A DNA stretch of 64,000 nucleotides from Lophium mytilinum (lineage: Eukaryota): the NCBI GenBank assembly GCA_010093605.1, contig MU004204.1:80959-144958 (forward strand), read 5' to 3'. The notes beneath the pieces were generated by a model. The model saw nothing but the letters and a program-made list of their open reading frames with translations. It did not search any database and was not told the origin of the DNA. The position numbers were made by a program, and so were the translations under genes. Position 1 is the first letter of the stretch. Every line of letters begins with the position of its first letter. Below are positions 62,365 to 64,000 of this stretch, one piece after another.

Positions 62365-63655
62365 TATATCCGGTAAGGGTAAGGGTTGCGGGCATAGCGC
62401 ATAGCGCATCAGCGGGGCATTTCTGTGAGCGGTATGTGCGTGTGGTCTGGTAGTAAGTGCGGGGATTAGGGGCGGATGGGATGGCGTTCACTGTAGGCTT
62501 AGGACGATAAAGGAAGGGTGATGAGCTGTGATCTGCTATGCTTCTGCGAGCCATGGAGTGCAACAAACCCTAAGTCTATTCCCACCCGTTTATTTACACC
62601 GCCTGGGGTACCCCCATAGGGTTTAAAAAACTAAGCGCGATGTCAAGTTCCAGGCAGTTCAAATCAGACTGCTGTTTGACCAACTGCTGCTTAGCTAGCC
62701 GGGCTACCCCTTCCAGTGGTGTCAAGTGAGCAAGATTGAGGCTACTCGAACGCTTGGGTGCTCTGAGGAGCTAGCTTCGAATACCCACAAATCAATCCAG
62801 AACTTGGACTCAAGTGCCTGACGTACTCTCCTTGTGCACAAGAAATATAATCTGGAGCAGACATGCTAACTGGAGTCTTAAACCAGGGAACGCTAACTAT
62901 TTCTCGGGATTAAAGCTCAGCAACCAACATCAAGAGAAGGAAAGAAGTCAAAGATATGAGGAGAGATACTCTGCAAGCATATTAGTCTCTTGACCCCCCA
63001 GAGCAAATCCTGCACCGCCTCCCGCGACGCGTAGATCTAAGCGAACCGCCCAATCACAGCGTCTCCTGTACGCAACCATCTTTAGCTTGCAGCCCAAGGT
63101 TCAAAGTCCTTGCTGGCTCGTGGAAAATCAGCCTTACGAGACGGGTGCTGCCGTTCAGCGAGCTCTGTAAATGGCTCGCTTGGTGGGTAGTACGCCCGGG
63201 CTCTCGGAAAGGTGGACCTTGCGAAGTCGTGGTGCGGTGATGCGGCGTTTGGATATAGCATTTGCCTGTAGCGGGGATGCAGGTAAGCAAAAACTTGTGA
63301 GACGGTTCTATGATTAGGACTGTTAGGGAAGAGTTTACGAAAGACTTGGTGCGGTGGTTGGCTGGGGAGGGCGTCGTCATAGGCGATGGGGATACGAGGA
63401 ACGCACCCAGGCTTTTCGGGTTCGAGGGTTCGGGTTTGGATGGAGGATGGTGGTGGCTATGGGGGATTTGGATGACGGGGTGGGTTGAGTGGTCGGGAGG
63501 TTCTTCTCTACTACTTAACCTGGTCTGTCCCGTCTAGTCTAAGGGTATATCTCGAAGCCGTTCTTCTTACATCTACTCTACTTTCCTTCTTCCCGGTCTT
63601 GTTGTGCTATTCCCATCTTCTTTTTTCCCGTTTATCTGTAAAGACTCGAGTAGAG

Positions 63656-64000
63656 ATGGCTTCGACTACTCTAGCGATGATGGTCGTTCGAGCGACCCCA
63701 TCGATCACCCTCCCCTCCCTCCCCTCTGCCTTTCACACCGCAACAGCATCAGCCTCCTGCACGACGGCCGTCCCAGGAAAGCATGGCTACGTCTCGGACC
63801 CGATGGCGTGCAACGCGTACTGGAGCTACAACCCCTCCTTCGCCGCGGCCGTCCTATTCTCCGTTCTCTTCGGCCTACTTCTCGTCACCCACATCGCTCA
63901 AGCCTTTCTCTACAAAAAGGTACTCTACCCCTCCCACCATTCCCTCAATCACATAGCCGCTAACCCCCCTACGCAGAGCTACACCTGGGTCCTCCTCATG
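63656..64000 (+). CDS. RTA1-like (lipid-translocating exporter family) membrane protein, 5' part only; runs off the window
   Basis: Not in the supplied ORF track. MASTTLAMMVVRAT...CTTAVPGKHGYVSDPMACNAYWSYNPSFAAAVLFSVLFGLLLVTHIAQAFLYKK|SYTWVLLM, with intron GTACTC...GCTAAC...CAG at 63920-63976. The Y.PS.AAA..F..LF......H..Q pattern is typical of RTA1 TM1. Confidence 0.85.
   Translation, partial: MASTTLAMMVVRATPSITLPSLPSAFHTATASASCTTAVPGKHGYVSDPMACNAYWSYNPSFAAAVLFSVLFGLLLVTHIAQAFLYKKVLYPSHHSLNHIAANPPTQSYTWVLLM

Noticed and set aside
63054..63460. Two open minus-strand frames upstream of the RTA1-like gene
   Set aside because: One lacks a start codon and neither has recognisable features; C-rich composition lowers stop-codon frequency.

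Overview
This is a gene-dense window from a filamentous ascomycete (Pezizomycotina), judged from short GT-AG introns with CTRAC branch sites; a finer taxonomic placement is not possible from the sequence alone. I can support 19 protein-coding genes: the cell-wall-integrity MAPK (MpkA/Slt2), an 8-Cys secreted protein, a cytochrome P450, three adjacent Myb/SANT-domain genes, a degenerate MYND-finger protein, two Zn2Cys6 transcription factors, a mitochondrial RNB exoribonuclease (Cyt-4/Dss1 type), the molybdopterin synthase small subunit, two tandem Bys1-like secreted proteins, a bestrophin-like channel, a FYVE/RING protein, an FLC/TRP-like membrane protein, two large hypothetical proteins and the 5' part of an RTA1-like gene. 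I found no tRNA, rRNA, CRISPR array or intact transposon; one short RIP-like relic is present. The most interesting area is the Myb triad at 9.7-18.1 kb. One member has no usable in-frame AUG and appears to start at a CUG flanked by out-of-frame AUGs, and its upstream region carries about 12 canonical Myb-binding hexamers, suggesting a self-regulating Myb module. A second window-wide signal is a set of 0.6-1.2 kb islands that switch from C/A-rich to G/T-rich on the + strand regardless of gene orientation. All gene models were spliced by eye and all motif counts are hand counts.
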